A stretch of 35,170 nucleotides of DNA from the NCBI GenBank assembly GCA_030917625.1, contig JAUPUJ010000001.1, forward strand, positions 1 through 35,170, read 5' to 3'. This DNA is from Patescibacteria group bacterium. GTDB taxonomy: Bacteria > Patescibacteriota > Minisyncoccia > Phycocordibacterales > XYD1-FULL-46-19. Positions 13,867 through 25,557 of this stretch are shown here, in pieces (within the stretch, counting starts at the first letter, position 1; each line of letters starts with the position of its first letter). Both the position numbers and the translations under genes were made by a program. Below the pieces are notes generated by a model. It was not told the DNA's origin. It saw only the letters and a program-made list of their open reading frames with translations, and ran no database searches.

Positions 13867-15300
13867 TTATTTGGTAAAATTTTCTATTACTTGCCCAATT
13901 TTAAATAAAGTATTTTCCCCCCAATAATTAGCGCAAACTTGAACCCCAAGTGGTAATCCTTTTTTATTAAAACCTGTTGGTACTGACAAAGCTGGGATAC
14001 CCGCCAAATTAACTGGAACTGTAAAAATATCTTCTAAATAAGTTTTTAAAGGATCGCCATCTTTATCACCAATAGTCCAAGCCGGTGTCGGCGCAGTTGG
14101 AGTCATAATTACATCCACTCCCCCCATTTTTTCATCGAAAGCTTTCATATAATCCTCTCTGATTAGTTCACGCACAGCCACCGCTTTACCATAATAAGCA
14201 TCATAATAACCAGCCGATAACACATAGGTACCTAAAATTATTCTCCGTCTCACCTCTTGTCCAAAACCAGCCGCCCGCGCCGTTTTATAGTCTTCTAAAA
14301 GATTATCCCCTGTGCCAGCTAGTCCATAACGCAAACCATCAAAACGACCCAAATTACTAGAACTCTCAGCCGGCATTAATACATAATAAGCGGCCAAAGA
14401 ATATTTTAAATTAGGTAAAGAAACTTCTTTTATAATATGACCAGCTTCTTTTAATTTAGTTATAGTTTGATGAAAATTTTCTAAAACTTCGCCGTCAACA
14501 CCTTCCGCAATAAAATCATAAGGTACACCAATAGTTAAAACTTCTTTTTTTTGCTCACTAAATTCATACGGGGCACTAGTAGAATCCAATTCATCAGCAC
14601 CAGCAATAACCTTAAAAATAGTTTCGGCATCAGCCACATTTTTTGTAATCGGACCAATCTGATCTAGAGACGAGGCCATCGCAATCAAGCCAAAACGAGA
14701 GACTGCACCATAAGTTGGCTTTAACCCAACAACACCACAAAAGCTGGCTGGCTGGCGAATCGAACCTCCTGTATCTGAACCTAAAGAGGCTAGAGCCATA
14801 TCACCCCCCACTGCTGCTGCTGAGCCACCAGAAGAACCCCCGGCGACCTTATCAGCATCATAAGGATTTTTAGTGACTCCAAAAGCTGAGTTTTCAGTCG
14901 AACCACCCATAGCAAATTCATCCATATTAGCTCGGCCTAAAAATATCGCTCCGGCTGATTTTAATTTAGAAATCACAGTCGCATCATAAGTGGCTTTATA
15001 ACCAGCAAGAACTTTCGAGGCAGCACTTACATTTCTACCCTCAATTAAAATATTATCTTTTATCGCAAGCGGTACACCAGCCAAAGGCAAATTTTCTAAG
15101 CCTTCCTCTTTAATTTTTTGATCCACCGCTCTCGCTTGCTCTATGGCATCCGAAAAAACTTCCAGATAAACATTTAGATCTGAATTTTTTTGTTCGATTT
15201 CTTCTAAATACTTTTGCACTACAGATTCGACGGTGCCTCCCTCTTTTAGAAAAGACTGTGTGCTAGCGATGGTTAAATTTTTTAAATCAATATTAGTCAT
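13867..15300 (-). CDS. gatA: Glu/Asp-tRNA amidotransferase subunit A
   Basis: 477 aa. Amidase signature (GGSSGGSAAAVG...GSDTGGSIRQPA). Overlaps gatC by 8 nt in the usual gatC-gatA arrangement. Confidence 0.95.
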   Translation of the reverse strand: MTNIDLKNLTIASTQSFLKEGGTVESVVQKYLEEIEQKNSDLNVYLEVFSDAIEQARAVDQKIKEEGLENLPLAGVPLAIKDNILIEGRNVSAASKVLAGYKATYDATVISKLKSAGAIFLGRANMDEFAMGGSTENSAFGVTKNPYDADKVAGGSSGGSAAAVGGDMALASLGSDTGGSIRQPASFCGVVGLKPTYGAVSRFGLIAMASSLDQIGPITKNVADAETIFKVIAGADELDSTSAPYEFSEQKKEVLTIGVPYDFIAEGVDGEVLENFHQTITKLKEAGHIIKEVSLPNLKYSLAAYYVLMPAESSSNLGRFDGLRYGLAGTGDNLLEDYKTARAAGFGQEVRRRIILGTYVLSAGYYDAYYGKAVAVRELIREDYMKAFDEKMGGVDVIMTPTAPTPAWTIGDKDGDPLKTYLEDIFTVPVNLAGIPALSVPTGFNKKGLPLGVQVCANYWGENTLFKIGQVIENFTK

Positions 15301-15586
15301 TATTTAAAATCTTTTTCACTTCAATAAAACCATTCTTTGTATTAGGGGCATTAGCTAAAATCTTATCAGTAAATTGCTTTCTGTCGTGACTAGGCGTATC
15401 AGATCGCATTACATTTTTAACTAAACCAAGATCTTGTTTTTCTGGTTGAGTTTCTTGCAATTCTTGGAGTTGTGAAATGTAGCCCAAAATCGACTCCAAA
15501 TCGTGATGGAATGAATGTTTTTCTTCGGGACTTAAATCTATTCTGGCCAAATCAGATAGGACCTCTATTTCATGTTCGCTAATCAT
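15293..15586 (-). CDS. gatC: Glu/Asp-tRNA amidotransferase subunit C
   Basis: 97 aa. Typical GatC N-terminus (HEIEVLSDLARIDLSPEE) and position directly upstream of gatA. Confidence 0.88.
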   Translation of the reverse strand: MISEHEIEVLSDLARIDLSPEEKHSFHHDLESILGYISQLQELQETQPEKQDLGLVKNVMRSDTPSHDRKQFTDKILANAPNTKNGFIEVKKILNND

Positions 15587-15642
15587 ATTTTTGAATCATA
15601 ACACCTAAAAGACCATTTCTCAATCACAATGGGCATTAAATA

Positions 15643-17658
<2,016 letters not shown>

Positions 17659-17691
17659 TTAAAACAGAAAATAGGCGAAAAACAACACTTT

Positions 17692-18177
17692 TTATATGTC
17701 ACTATTATCTCTATAAATAACCTTTTCTATTCTTCTAGGATGATTCTCATCACAAATATTATACCCTTTAGCAATAACTAACTGTTCGCTAAAATCATCT
17801 ACCGGCTGTTTAATAATTAACTCAGCTTTAGTACAAGTATTGTTGTCGGTATTTATTTCAATTTCAAATTTTTGGCCACTGCCATCTTCTAAATCAGATT
17901 GCTCTACAATCCTTAAATCACATAAAAATTCATTACTCTCTCCTTCCAGAAAAATATCATCTATATAAAATCCAAAATAATCATTATTTAAACCATTCTT
18001 AATGCACTCATTAGCAACATTAGCAGCATAGTAAGCAAACTGAGACTCGCGACCAATAGAAGAAAGTATAATCTGTTTAACTATTATATTAGCCAATAAA
18101 ATACCACTAAGAGATACAACACTGGCCACTATAACAGCGTATAAAATTACAAAACCTCGTTTCTTGTTATATACCAT
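17692..18177 (-). CDS. minor pilin-like protein lacking Glu5 (GspK/PilX-like position)
   Basis: 161 aa. N-terminus KKRGFVILYAVIVASVV is a prepilin-like G-F junction, but the conserved Glu at +5 is replaced. Last gene of the minor-pilin string; overlaps its upstream neighbour by 11 nt. Confidence 0.6.
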   Translation of the reverse strand: MVYNKKRGFVILYAVIVASVVSLSGILLANIIVKQIILSSIGRESQFAYYAANVANECIKNGLNNDYFGFYIDDIFLEGESNEFLCDLRIVEQSDLEDGSGQKFEIEINTDNNTCTKAELIIKQPVDDFSEQLVIAKGYNICDENHPRRIEKVIYRDNSDI

Positions 18178-18685
18178 AATTAATATTAAAAACTTGAGTA
18201 TTTAAAGTAAAATTGACAGGCTGGGTTTTATTCATCCATTCCACCACTACCGACAAATTGGCTTTTCGATCATCAGCCTCAGATAAATATATATAACGAC
18301 TAAACAGAGACGGAGCGTCGCTCCATTCATGAGTATAACGATCATCAATAATATATAATTTACAACCATCGCCAATACACGGCTCAATTCTTAAACCGTC
18401 CTCAAAATACACTCGACAAGGATTATTTTGACTGCAATTATCAAAGGCCCCAGACCAATCACTAGGACTTTCTTCTAAATTACGATCACGTTGATTAATA
18501 AAAAGCTCCACCGCTTCTTGAGCTAAGTAATAGGCGGTTACCTGATTTTTAGCGTAATTACCATCGGCTATAGCCCTAGATAAAAGACCTAGGGGTCCAA
18601 TCACAGCAAAGACTAAAATTAAGACGGCCACAAAAGTCTCAATTAGAGTAAAGCCTTTTTCTGATTGATTAAAAAAATTTTTCAT
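18167..18685 (-). CDS. prepilin-type N-terminal cleavage/methylation domain protein (minor pilin)
   Basis: 172 aa with the class III signal peptide SEKG/FTLIETFVAVLILVFAV. Confidence 0.8.
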   Translation of the reverse strand: MKNFFNQSEKGFTLIETFVAVLILVFAVIGPLGLLSRAIADGNYAKNQVTAYYLAQEAVELFINQRDRNLEESPSDWSGAFDNCSQNNPCRVYFEDGLRIEPCIGDGCKLYIIDDRYTHEWSDAPSLFSRYIYLSEADDRKANLSVVVEWMNKTQPVNFTLNTQVFNINYGI

Positions 18686-18688
18686 GAC

Positions 18689-19231
18689 TTATGGATTCCT
18701 CTGAGATAAAGTCGATTGTAATAAAAACCTAGATTCAAGACCTTTTTTATTTGATGCAACTCCATCTAAAACCACCAAAATCTGCTTCGGAATATCAGTT
18801 CTCTGTTCTTCAAAATATAGTCTTTCTACTTTTATTTCCGATGAGGTTAAATCATTACAAGAATCATCATCTAAACTTTCATCTACGCATTGTTCTAAAA
18901 TACCACTACCATCTTCTTTTAGGCGATAAGTTAAATAACGACCACTTGGTACATATTCATTATTTTCAACAATATACTCATCAAAGCTAATTTGACCTTG
19001 TGATATATTATAATTCTTACCTTCTCTCATTTGGAGTGTCATAGTATCCATCGCTAAGTTTAGATTATCTATAACCGCTCGATTGCTTTGGATTTGACGA
19101 TAGATATCAGCTAAAACTATAAAAGCTCCACTTACTATTAGAGTAACAATAGAAAAAATAGTCACAGAAACCATCATCTCTATTAGAGTAAAACCTCTTT
19201 TTTTATTTTTTATAATATAACCAACTGACAT
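18689..19231 (-). CDS. prepilin-type N-terminal cleavage/methylation domain protein (minor pilin)
   Basis: 180 aa with KKRG/FTLIEMMVSVTIFSIV. Confidence 0.8.
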   Translation of the reverse strand: MSVGYIIKNKKRGFTLIEMMVSVTIFSIVTLIVSGAFIVLADIYRQIQSNRAVIDNLNLAMDTMTLQMREGKNYNISQGQISFDEYIVENNEYVPSGRYLTYRLKEDGSGILEQCVDESLDDDSCNDLTSSEIKVERLYFEEQRTDIPKQILVVLDGVASNKKGLESRFLLQSTLSQRNP

Positions 19232-19243
19232 ATATATATTTTA

Positions 19244-19840
19244 TTACTGATTGGAATAAATACTAATCTGGCCATTATTATGAACACCCACAGTTCTAGT
19301 CACATCAGATCTTCGCCCCTGAAGAACGATCTCCACTTTATTTTTTCCACAATCATTATTATAGCAAATATTAGCCTGCAAACTGGGCCTAGTATATGTT
19401 ATTTCGACTGTTCCACCGTCCCCTACATTTTCATCATCCACGATAAATTCTTTTATATAAACACCCTGTAAATCATAATTTTCAAAAACAGAATCAGCAT
19501 CATCGCCTTCTTCATAAAATTTAGAATTATCCTCATCAGTAAACATAAAAAATCGAGAAACATCTCCGGCTGTCATATAAATACCGTAACTTGGAATTGA
19601 ATCAATAAAACCACTATCACTACCTCCCACTCGCCCACCAGAAGCAAAAGCTTGAGCACTTCTAATATTAAGGGCCATTTCTTGAGCCACTAAATCCAAA
19701 GACGATCTATCTCTAAACTGTGGAATATAAGCGATAATAATACCGCTCATAATGAGAACAATGGCAGTGACGACCAACATTTCTAGCATCGTAAATCCCC
19801 GCTCAGCCAAATTTATTTTTTTTCTCAAAACTAAGGCCAT
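19244..19840 (-). CDS. prepilin-type N-terminal cleavage/methylation domain protein (minor pilin, GspH/FimU-like position)
   Basis: 198 aa with AERG/FTMLEMLVVTAIVLIM. Its ATG overlaps the pilD stop (TAATG). Confidence 0.8.
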   Translation of the reverse strand: MALVLRKKINLAERGFTMLEMLVVTAIVLIMSGIIIAYIPQFRDRSSLDLVAQEMALNIRSAQAFASGGRVGGSDSGFIDSIPSYGIYMTAGDVSRFFMFTDEDNSKFYEEGDDADSVFENYDLQGVYIKEFIVDDENVGDGGTVEITYTRPSLQANICYNNDCGKNKVEIVLQGRRSDVTRTVGVHNNGQISIYSNQ

Positions 19841-20643
19841 TAAAAAATATTAAAGTAACTAATAAATGCTCCTAAAATAAGGAAGGGAGCAAAAGGTATT
19901 TCACTTTTTAGAGTAAACATCGGAAACCTTCGAGACAACAAACGATTTTGACTAACTCCTATTAAAACAAGACCCACCACCGCCCCTATAATAAAAGCGG
20001 TTGCGACAGCAAAAGATGCTCCTGGTAAGCCAAGCCATAACCCAAAACCAAAGACTAATTTAGCATCTCCAAAACCCAAGAGTTTACCTTTGGATAAAAA
20101 CCACAGGAGCCAGAACAACATAAACAATAAACCACCAGAATAAACACCGTGCAAAACCCTAATCATAAACTCAGTCATCCCACTATCGAAAATAATTCCC
20201 ACTAAAGATATTCCTGACAAGATAATAAAGGTGAACACAAATTCATCAGGAATTATTTTATGTTTAAAGTCATAGACAAATATGGCGATCAATAAAGAAA
20301 CTATAGACCAAACTAATACCAAATGAATAAAACCTCCAAAAGAATAAAGGGAGGCTTCACTAATTTCAGTTATGGTAACTCCTACAAAAAGGAGTGCCGT
20401 TAAAAGCTCTACAATCGGATACTGTATAGATATTTTACTGTGGCATTTTTTACACTGACCACCTTGTATTAAATAACTGACAACGGGAATCAGCTCTACC
20501 CAAGTCAACTTATTGCCACAAGATAAACATTTGGAACGCCCATCCAACCCCCACCCTGTACCATGACGCAAAATAACTACATTTAAAAAACTACCAATAA
20601 CAAGGCCTAAAACTAGAGCGAACAAATATAGAACTATTTCCAT
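19840..20643 (-). CDS. pilD: prepilin peptidase / N-methyltransferase (A24 family)
   Basis: 267 aa, polytopic. Cys motifs CLSCGNKL...CKKCHSKI and a catalytic Asp context (PDEF; LGFGDAKLVFG). Confidence 0.9.
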   Translation of the reverse strand: MEIVLYLFALVLGLVIGSFLNVVILRHGTGWGLDGRSKCLSCGNKLTWVELIPVVSYLIQGGQCKKCHSKISIQYPIVELLTALLFVGVTITEISEASLYSFGGFIHLVLVWSIVSLLIAIFVYDFKHKIIPDEFVFTFIILSGISLVGIIFDSGMTEFMIRVLHGVYSGGLLFMLFWLLWFLSKGKLLGFGDAKLVFGFGLWLGLPGASFAVATAFIIGAVVGLVLIGVSQNRLLSRRFPMFTLKSEIPFAPFLILGAFISYFNIF

Positions 20644-20654
20644 AAGTAATGTTT

Positions 20655-22142
20655 TTACTGACCACCACCTGACTTAGGTATCAATCTTAAGATGAATTCG
20701 AAGCTATTGTCAGGACTTGTGCTTATTGTAACAATTTTAGCATAGGAACCTGGCACAGTATCACCTGACATTAATAATTCTTTTGCTTTAAGAACAAAGG
20801 ATCCGGTTCTAGAAATTGTCCCACCTGAACCAACGCTAGACACACAACTAGAATTATTTGTACTACTATTACAATCAGTAATGCGTAACCACTCCGGTAT
20901 AGGAGAACCAGTCGTACTAAAATTATAAATTACTGGTCCTTCACTATTACCTGTGTAATTTACAGTAAAATTGTCATCTGAATAAACTTCATCACCAGCA
21001 CAATCAACGCCAACTTTATCACATTGAACAACAAGGACACATCTACCAGCTATCTCGTTAGTACAACCCTCAATCGTGAAGCTGTCATCATCACCAGACA
21101 CTTCTCTATCGAAAGTAGTAGTTACTGTTTTAGACTGATCTACTACCACAGTACATTGATTTGGATTAGAACCGACCACACAGTTACTAGACCAAGTTAT
21201 TTCAGTATTGGCATCGGTAGTTGCAGTTAAAATTACAGATGAATTCCTAGTATAGATATTATTACAATCACTACCGCAGTTTATACCAGCAGGATTAGAA
21301 ACCACCAATCCAGTACCCGTACCAGTTTTAACTACTGTTAGAGTTGGGTCACTAGGGCCACCAGTGCTATTAAACAACACACTAGCAGATCTGTTAGTTG
21401 TGGCCATATTCACAGTACAAGTCATACCTGAGGTTATGTCGCACCCAGACCAATTTCCAAATTGAGAATTAGCGCCGGCTTGAGCTGTTAACACCACTCT
21501 AGTTCCGTTTGCATAAGCAAAAGAAGCAGAACCACAAGCGGCTCCACAATTTATACCAGCTGGAACAGAGGTAATTGTACCACTACCGGTACCAGTTTTA
21601 GAAGCTGTCAAAGTAGGGACAGTAGGTAATGTCGTAGCACACCCATTACAAGTCACGCGAGAAAAATCTACCCAACCCACCACATCATCACCCCAAGCAT
21701 AACCAGATAGTAGCCCAGTTGGATTAGAGACTATGCCATAAGTATTACCATTTGAGGCAGTGCCAGACATTTTTATCCAGCCATCCCAACCCCCGCCATA
21801 AGACAGAGCTCTAGCCCAACCAGTAATACTTTTATTAGTCGGGTTAAAACGAACACCAGTTTGAGGATTTTCTGGATAAGGGCCCGTTGGATTGAAATTT
21901 ATCCAACCAATATTAGAACTCCAAGCATAACCAGAAAAAACATTATTAGAAAAAGTGACTCCACCAAAAACAGGATTGGTCTGAATCCAACCAATATTAG
22001 AACTCCAAGCATAACCAGATAAACCAGAAGCTGTTTGGGCATCTACCGTCCAAAACAAAATTAGAAAACTAATCAATATTCCGGCTAGGCCGAAAATAAA
22101 AGTACTTACAGAAAAATATTTTTTAGAAGCTGTAGAAGTCAT
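20655..22142 (-). CDS. secreted/anchored repeat protein inside the pilus operon (GYAWS-NIGWI repeats + two PAGINCG Ig-like repeats + Cys-rich C-terminal domain)
   Basis: 495 aa with an N-terminal TM/signal. Three copies of SGYAW(S/G)..(I/V)GW(I/V). Two ~85-aa repeats (TLTASKTGTGSGTITSVPAGINCGAACG / TLTVVKTGTGTGLVVSNPAGINCGSDCN). C-terminal Cys-rich region. Confidence 0.8.
   Translation of the reverse strand: MTSTASKKYFSVSTFIFGLAGILISFLILFWTVDAQTASGLSGYAWSSNIGWIQTNPVFGGVTFSNNVFSGYAWSSNIGWINFNPTGPYPENPQTGVRFNPTNKSITGWARALSYGGGWDGWIKMSGTASNGNTYGIVSNPTGLLSGYAWGDDVVGWVDFSRVTCNGCATTLPTVPTLTASKTGTGSGTITSVPAGINCGAACGSASFAYANGTRVVLTAQAGANSQFGNWSGCDITSGMTCTVNMATTNRSASVLFNSTGGPSDPTLTVVKTGTGTGLVVSNPAGINCGSDCNNIYTRNSSVILTATTDANTEITWSSNCVVGSNPNQCTVVVDQSKTVTTTFDREVSGDDDSFTIEGCTNEIAGRCVLVVQCDKVGVDCAGDEVYSDDNFTVNYTGNSEGPVIYNFSTTGSPIPEWLRITDCNSSTNNSSCVSSVGSGGTISRTGSFVLKAKELLMSGDTVPGSYAKIVTISTSPDNSFEFILRLIPKSGGGQ
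21901..22019. repeat. 35-bp exact direct repeat (2 copies) within CDS 20655-22142
   Basis: atccaaccaatattagaactccaagcataaccaga occurs at 21901-21935 and 21985-22019. Both copies encode SGYAWSSNIGWI. A third, partial copy (ccaagcataaccaga) is at 21693-21707. Confidence 0.95.
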
Positions 22143-22215
22143 TTATGTACTTTTAAATTGTAACATTAAACCCAAATATTACTGACACAATATATCCACA
22201 ATGAAATAACTATAT

Positions 22216-22635
22216 TTACTCAGCAGAAGCTGAACATTGAGCATTGGTACCGGCATTATCTCCAAACCCTGTAAACCCACGACTATCTACACACCAACTA
22301 TCACCTTCTGTATTTATAGTAGCGGCTAGAGAATAATCTTGCACTCCAGGTACACATCGAGAACCACCTTCTGGTAAGGCTGCTATATATGGATTTGTGT
22401 TAGGATCACCGCATACATTTTCATAACTATTACCATTGTCTATATAAACCAGCTCAGCGGCGGTTCGAAAACCAGATAAATTACTCTTTATTTCGGCTTC
22501 AGATGCCTTACTTCTCGCTCCAGAGAGAGCTGTGATCACAATTCCAGACAAGATGCCGATAATAGCGATGACTACCAGTAATTCTATTAAAGTAAATCCT
22601 CTTTCTAAGTTTTTATATGATTTCATATAATTCAT
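22216..22635 (-). CDS. type IV pilin (paralog 2)
   Basis: 139 aa. LERG/FTLIELLVVIAIIGILSGIVITALSGARSKA with a C-terminal Cys pair. The start may be the Met at codon 4. Confidence 0.88.
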   Translation of the reverse strand: MNYMKSYKNLERGFTLIELLVVIAIIGILSGIVITALSGARSKASEAEIKSNLSGFRTAAELVYIDNGNSYENVCGDPNTNPYIAALPEGGSRCVPGVQDYSLAATINTEGDSWCVDSRGFTGFGDNAGTNAQCSASAE

Positions 22636-22678
22636 ATAATAACATTTATTAGATAAATTGTTTGAATTTTGTCCACAT

Positions 22679-22708
22679 AAAAACCCTATTTAATAAAATA
22701 GGGTTTTT
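22679..22708. terminator. intrinsic terminator between the two pilin genes
   Basis: AAAAACCCTATTT-AATAA-AATAGGGTTTTT. A ~10-bp stem flanked by A and T runs, directly downstream of pilin 22722-23120. Confidence 0.8.
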
Positions 22709-22721
22709 AATACTAATATTA

Positions 22722-23120
22722 TTATTCCAAAACACAAACACCTCCAGAATTAGCAACAACCCCAACCCCGGCATTACCACCGCTATCAACACACCAAGAA
22801 CCAGTTTTCAAATCGGCATCAATAGCATATTGCTGCTCATCAGAAGAGAAGTTACAATTCGCAGACGGACCCAAATCAGATAGATATGGTCCAGTAGTAG
22901 GGTTTTCATTACATAAATCACCGTATGAATTACCGTTATTATTGTAATATAATTCAGCTGCTGTTCTAAATCCAGCTAAATCTGCCTTCACCTTAGCATC
23001 ATAGGCCTTATCTCTCGCTCCAGACAAGGCTGTAATCACAATTCCCGACAAGATACCGATGATGGCAATAACCACCAACAGTTCGATCAACGTAAATCCA
23101 CGATTATATTTTTTTATCAT
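22722..23120 (-). CDS. type IV pilin (paralog 1, probable major pilin)
   Basis: 132 aa. YNRG/FTLIELLVVIAIIGILSGIVITALSGARDKA. It has its own terminator and is the first gene after pilC. Confidence 0.88.
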   Translation of the reverse strand: MIKKYNRGFTLIELLVVIAIIGILSGIVITALSGARDKAYDAKVKADLAGFRTAAELYYNNNGNSYGDLCNENPTTGPYLSDLGPSANCNFSSDEQQYAIDADLKTGSWCVDSGGNAGVGVVANSGGVCVLE

Positions 23121-23183
23121 AAAAACTTAAAGGTTAACTTTTAATAATTTTTAAATTTAACTTAAATTTCATTGTAACACTCC

Positions 23184-24392
23184 TTAGAAACTCGACGCAA
23201 CATTATAAATCGGCACGAGGACCGAAGTCAGCAAAATACCCACCATCAGACCAAGTAATACAATCATCGCCGGCTCGATCAAACCCACCAAAGTGTCGAC
23301 TTCATTATCAACTTCTCGCTGGTAAAACCTGGACAAAGTATCGAGAACGAAAGTTAATTTTCCCGACTCCTCACCCACTCGAATCATCTGGACCATAATA
23401 CTCGGAATCTCTTCGTGGCGATCAAAAATATCCGACACCGCATTACCAGCCTTAACCATCTCGGCGGTTTCTTCTAAAATCTCTCGATAAACTTCATTCC
23501 CTACCACTTCAGCTGTAATTTCAATTGACCGCACCATTGAAACCCCAGAAGATATTAGGGTATTTAAGTTATCGGCGATTCGAGACAAATAAAATTTACG
23601 ATACATCCGACTAATATAAGGCACGGATAATTTAAATTTAGACAAGGCCATCTGGCCATCAGCGGTTGGTAAATAGCGAAGTAAGAAAATTACTATCGCC
23701 ACCGCTATAAAAATAAAAACGAAAAAGTAATCGGCTGTAAATTGACTAATACCCACTACAATTTTAGTATAAATCGGTAATTCCTGGCCGGTGTCTAATA
23801 AAATTTCAGCTAATTTTGGAATCACAAAAGTCATCATTAAAATCATCACCACAATGAAAGAAATCACAATAAACATTGGGTAGATCAAAGCATTTTTAGC
23901 TTTCGAGACGAGAGCATAAGATCGATCAAGATAATTGGCTAAGTAGGTAAAAGTTTCGGACAATTTTCCCGACTCTTCTCCCGACCGCACCATGGCGACA
24001 TAAAAATCAGAAAAAACATCTGGATGCTTCGCTAACGAGCTAGAAATATTAACTCCACTTTTAATATCATCAACCACTTGGGTTAATTTTTTCTGCAAAA
24101 TCACACTACTGGATTCGGTGGCCAACAATCTAAAAGTAGATAACACTGAAACTTTAGCTTCAAATAAAGTGGCAATTTGCCGAGACAAAATTACTACTTC
24201 ACGAGGATTGACCCGACCAAACAAAGGCGCATTATTAAAACCCCACATTCCTTGGGTGCCTTCAGCAATCACACTAATCACTATTAACCCACGCCTCTGC
24301 AACGAAGTAATAGCTACATCCTGACTAGGTGCATCTATACTGCCATTTTGAGTTTGCCCATTTTTAGTAGTAGCTTCGTATTTAAATAACAT
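23184..24392 (-). CDS. pilC: type IV pilus platform protein PilC (GspF family)
   Basis: 402 aa. Duplicated T2SS-F domain layout with 3 TM segments. Lies adjacent to pilT/pilB. Confidence 0.9.
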   Translation of the reverse strand: MLFKYEATTKNGQTQNGSIDAPSQDVAITSLQRRGLIVISVIAEGTQGMWGFNNAPLFGRVNPREVVILSRQIATLFEAKVSVLSTFRLLATESSSVILQKKLTQVVDDIKSGVNISSSLAKHPDVFSDFYVAMVRSGEESGKLSETFTYLANYLDRSYALVSKAKNALIYPMFIVISFIVVMILMMTFVIPKLAEILLDTGQELPIYTKIVVGISQFTADYFFVFIFIAVAIVIFLLRYLPTADGQMALSKFKLSVPYISRMYRKFYLSRIADNLNTLISSGVSMVRSIEITAEVVGNEVYREILEETAEMVKAGNAVSDIFDRHEEIPSIMVQMIRVGEESGKLTFVLDTLSRFYQREVDNEVDTLVGLIEPAMIVLLGLMVGILLTSVLVPIYNVASSF

Positions 24393-24398
24393 ATTTTT

Positions 24399-25463
24399 TT
24401 ACAGTAAACGATCCAAACCTCTTGGATTCATACTAAAACGATAAGCAGTATCAGCCGAAATTTCACCTCGACGAACTAAGTCGGCTAGAGATCTATTTAG
24501 ATCAATCATGCCTTTATCGGACCCAGTTTCGATCACCACATCTATTTCAGCAGTCCGGCCTTCACGAATTAGGTTGGACACAGCACTATTATCTACTAAA
24601 AGTTCATAAGCTGGAATCAGGCCACCTGAAATCCGAGGCACCAGACGTTGCGAGAAAATACCATTTAAACTACCCGCCAATTGAACTCTAATTTGTCGTT
24701 GTTGATTGGGAGGAAAAGCATCAATAATACGATCAATAGTTTGTGAAGCGCTGTTAGTATGAAGGGTGGAGAAAATAAGGTGCCCAGTCTCAGCTGCTGT
24801 CACCGCCGTTGCAATAGTGTCTGGGTTTCTCATTTCACCAATCATGCCCACATTTACATCCTGTCGAAACATCGACTGTAAGGCCGCTTGAAAATCATTG
24901 GTATCAAAACGAACTTCTCTCTGATCAATAATAGATCTCTCATTAGTAAACAAATATTCTATCGGGTCTTCAACGGTAATGATATGCTCGGCTCGTTCTC
25001 TATTTATAAGATTAATCATAGCCGCTAGAGTTGTCGATTTACCCATACCAACTGGACCCACCACTAGAAAAAACCCTTGCTCCCGTCTAGTAAAATCTGC
25101 TAATTCTGGTGGTAAATTTAATTCTTCAAAAGTTTTAATATGAGTTGGAATCAAACGTAAAGCAATCCCCACTAAACCTCTTTGAAAAAAAGCATTGCCC
25201 CTAAAACGAGTCACCCCGTCCGGACTATAAGAAAAATCTATTTCTTTTTCTTCTAAAAAGCGACTTTTGTTACGTTCATTTAAAATTTCCATCGCCATCC
25301 CCATTGTATCGTCGGCTGATAGTTTCGGTTGATTGACTAAAGGCACCAAATCACCAGCGACTCTAATAGTAGGATAAGCGCCAGCCGTCAAATGCAAATC
25401 GGAGCCACCTTCTTTAGTGACTATCAAAATTAAATCTTCTAATTTTTTTCTAAATTCAGCCAT
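24399..25463 (-). CDS. pilT: type IV pilus retraction ATPase PilT
   Basis: 354 aa (PilT size). Walker A GPVGMGKST, Asp box and His box (GHLIFSTLHTNSA). Confidence 0.9.
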   Translation of the reverse strand: MAEFRKKLEDLILIVTKEGGSDLHLTAGAYPTIRVAGDLVPLVNQPKLSADDTMGMAMEILNERNKSRFLEEKEIDFSYSPDGVTRFRGNAFFQRGLVGIALRLIPTHIKTFEELNLPPELADFTRREQGFFLVVGPVGMGKSTTLAAMINLINRERAEHIITVEDPIEYLFTNERSIIDQREVRFDTNDFQAALQSMFRQDVNVGMIGEMRNPDTIATAVTAAETGHLIFSTLHTNSASQTIDRIIDAFPPNQQRQIRVQLAGSLNGIFSQRLVPRISGGLIPAYELLVDNSAVSNLIREGRTAEIDVVIETGSDKGMIDLNRSLADLVRRGEISADTAYRFSMNPRGLDRLL

Positions 25464-25557
25464 AGTAAAATTATACTAATGTATTTTAATTATTATCTCA
25501 CGATACCAGAATCTACGCCAAGATATTTACACACACCTGTTATTTTTTATTAAATAT

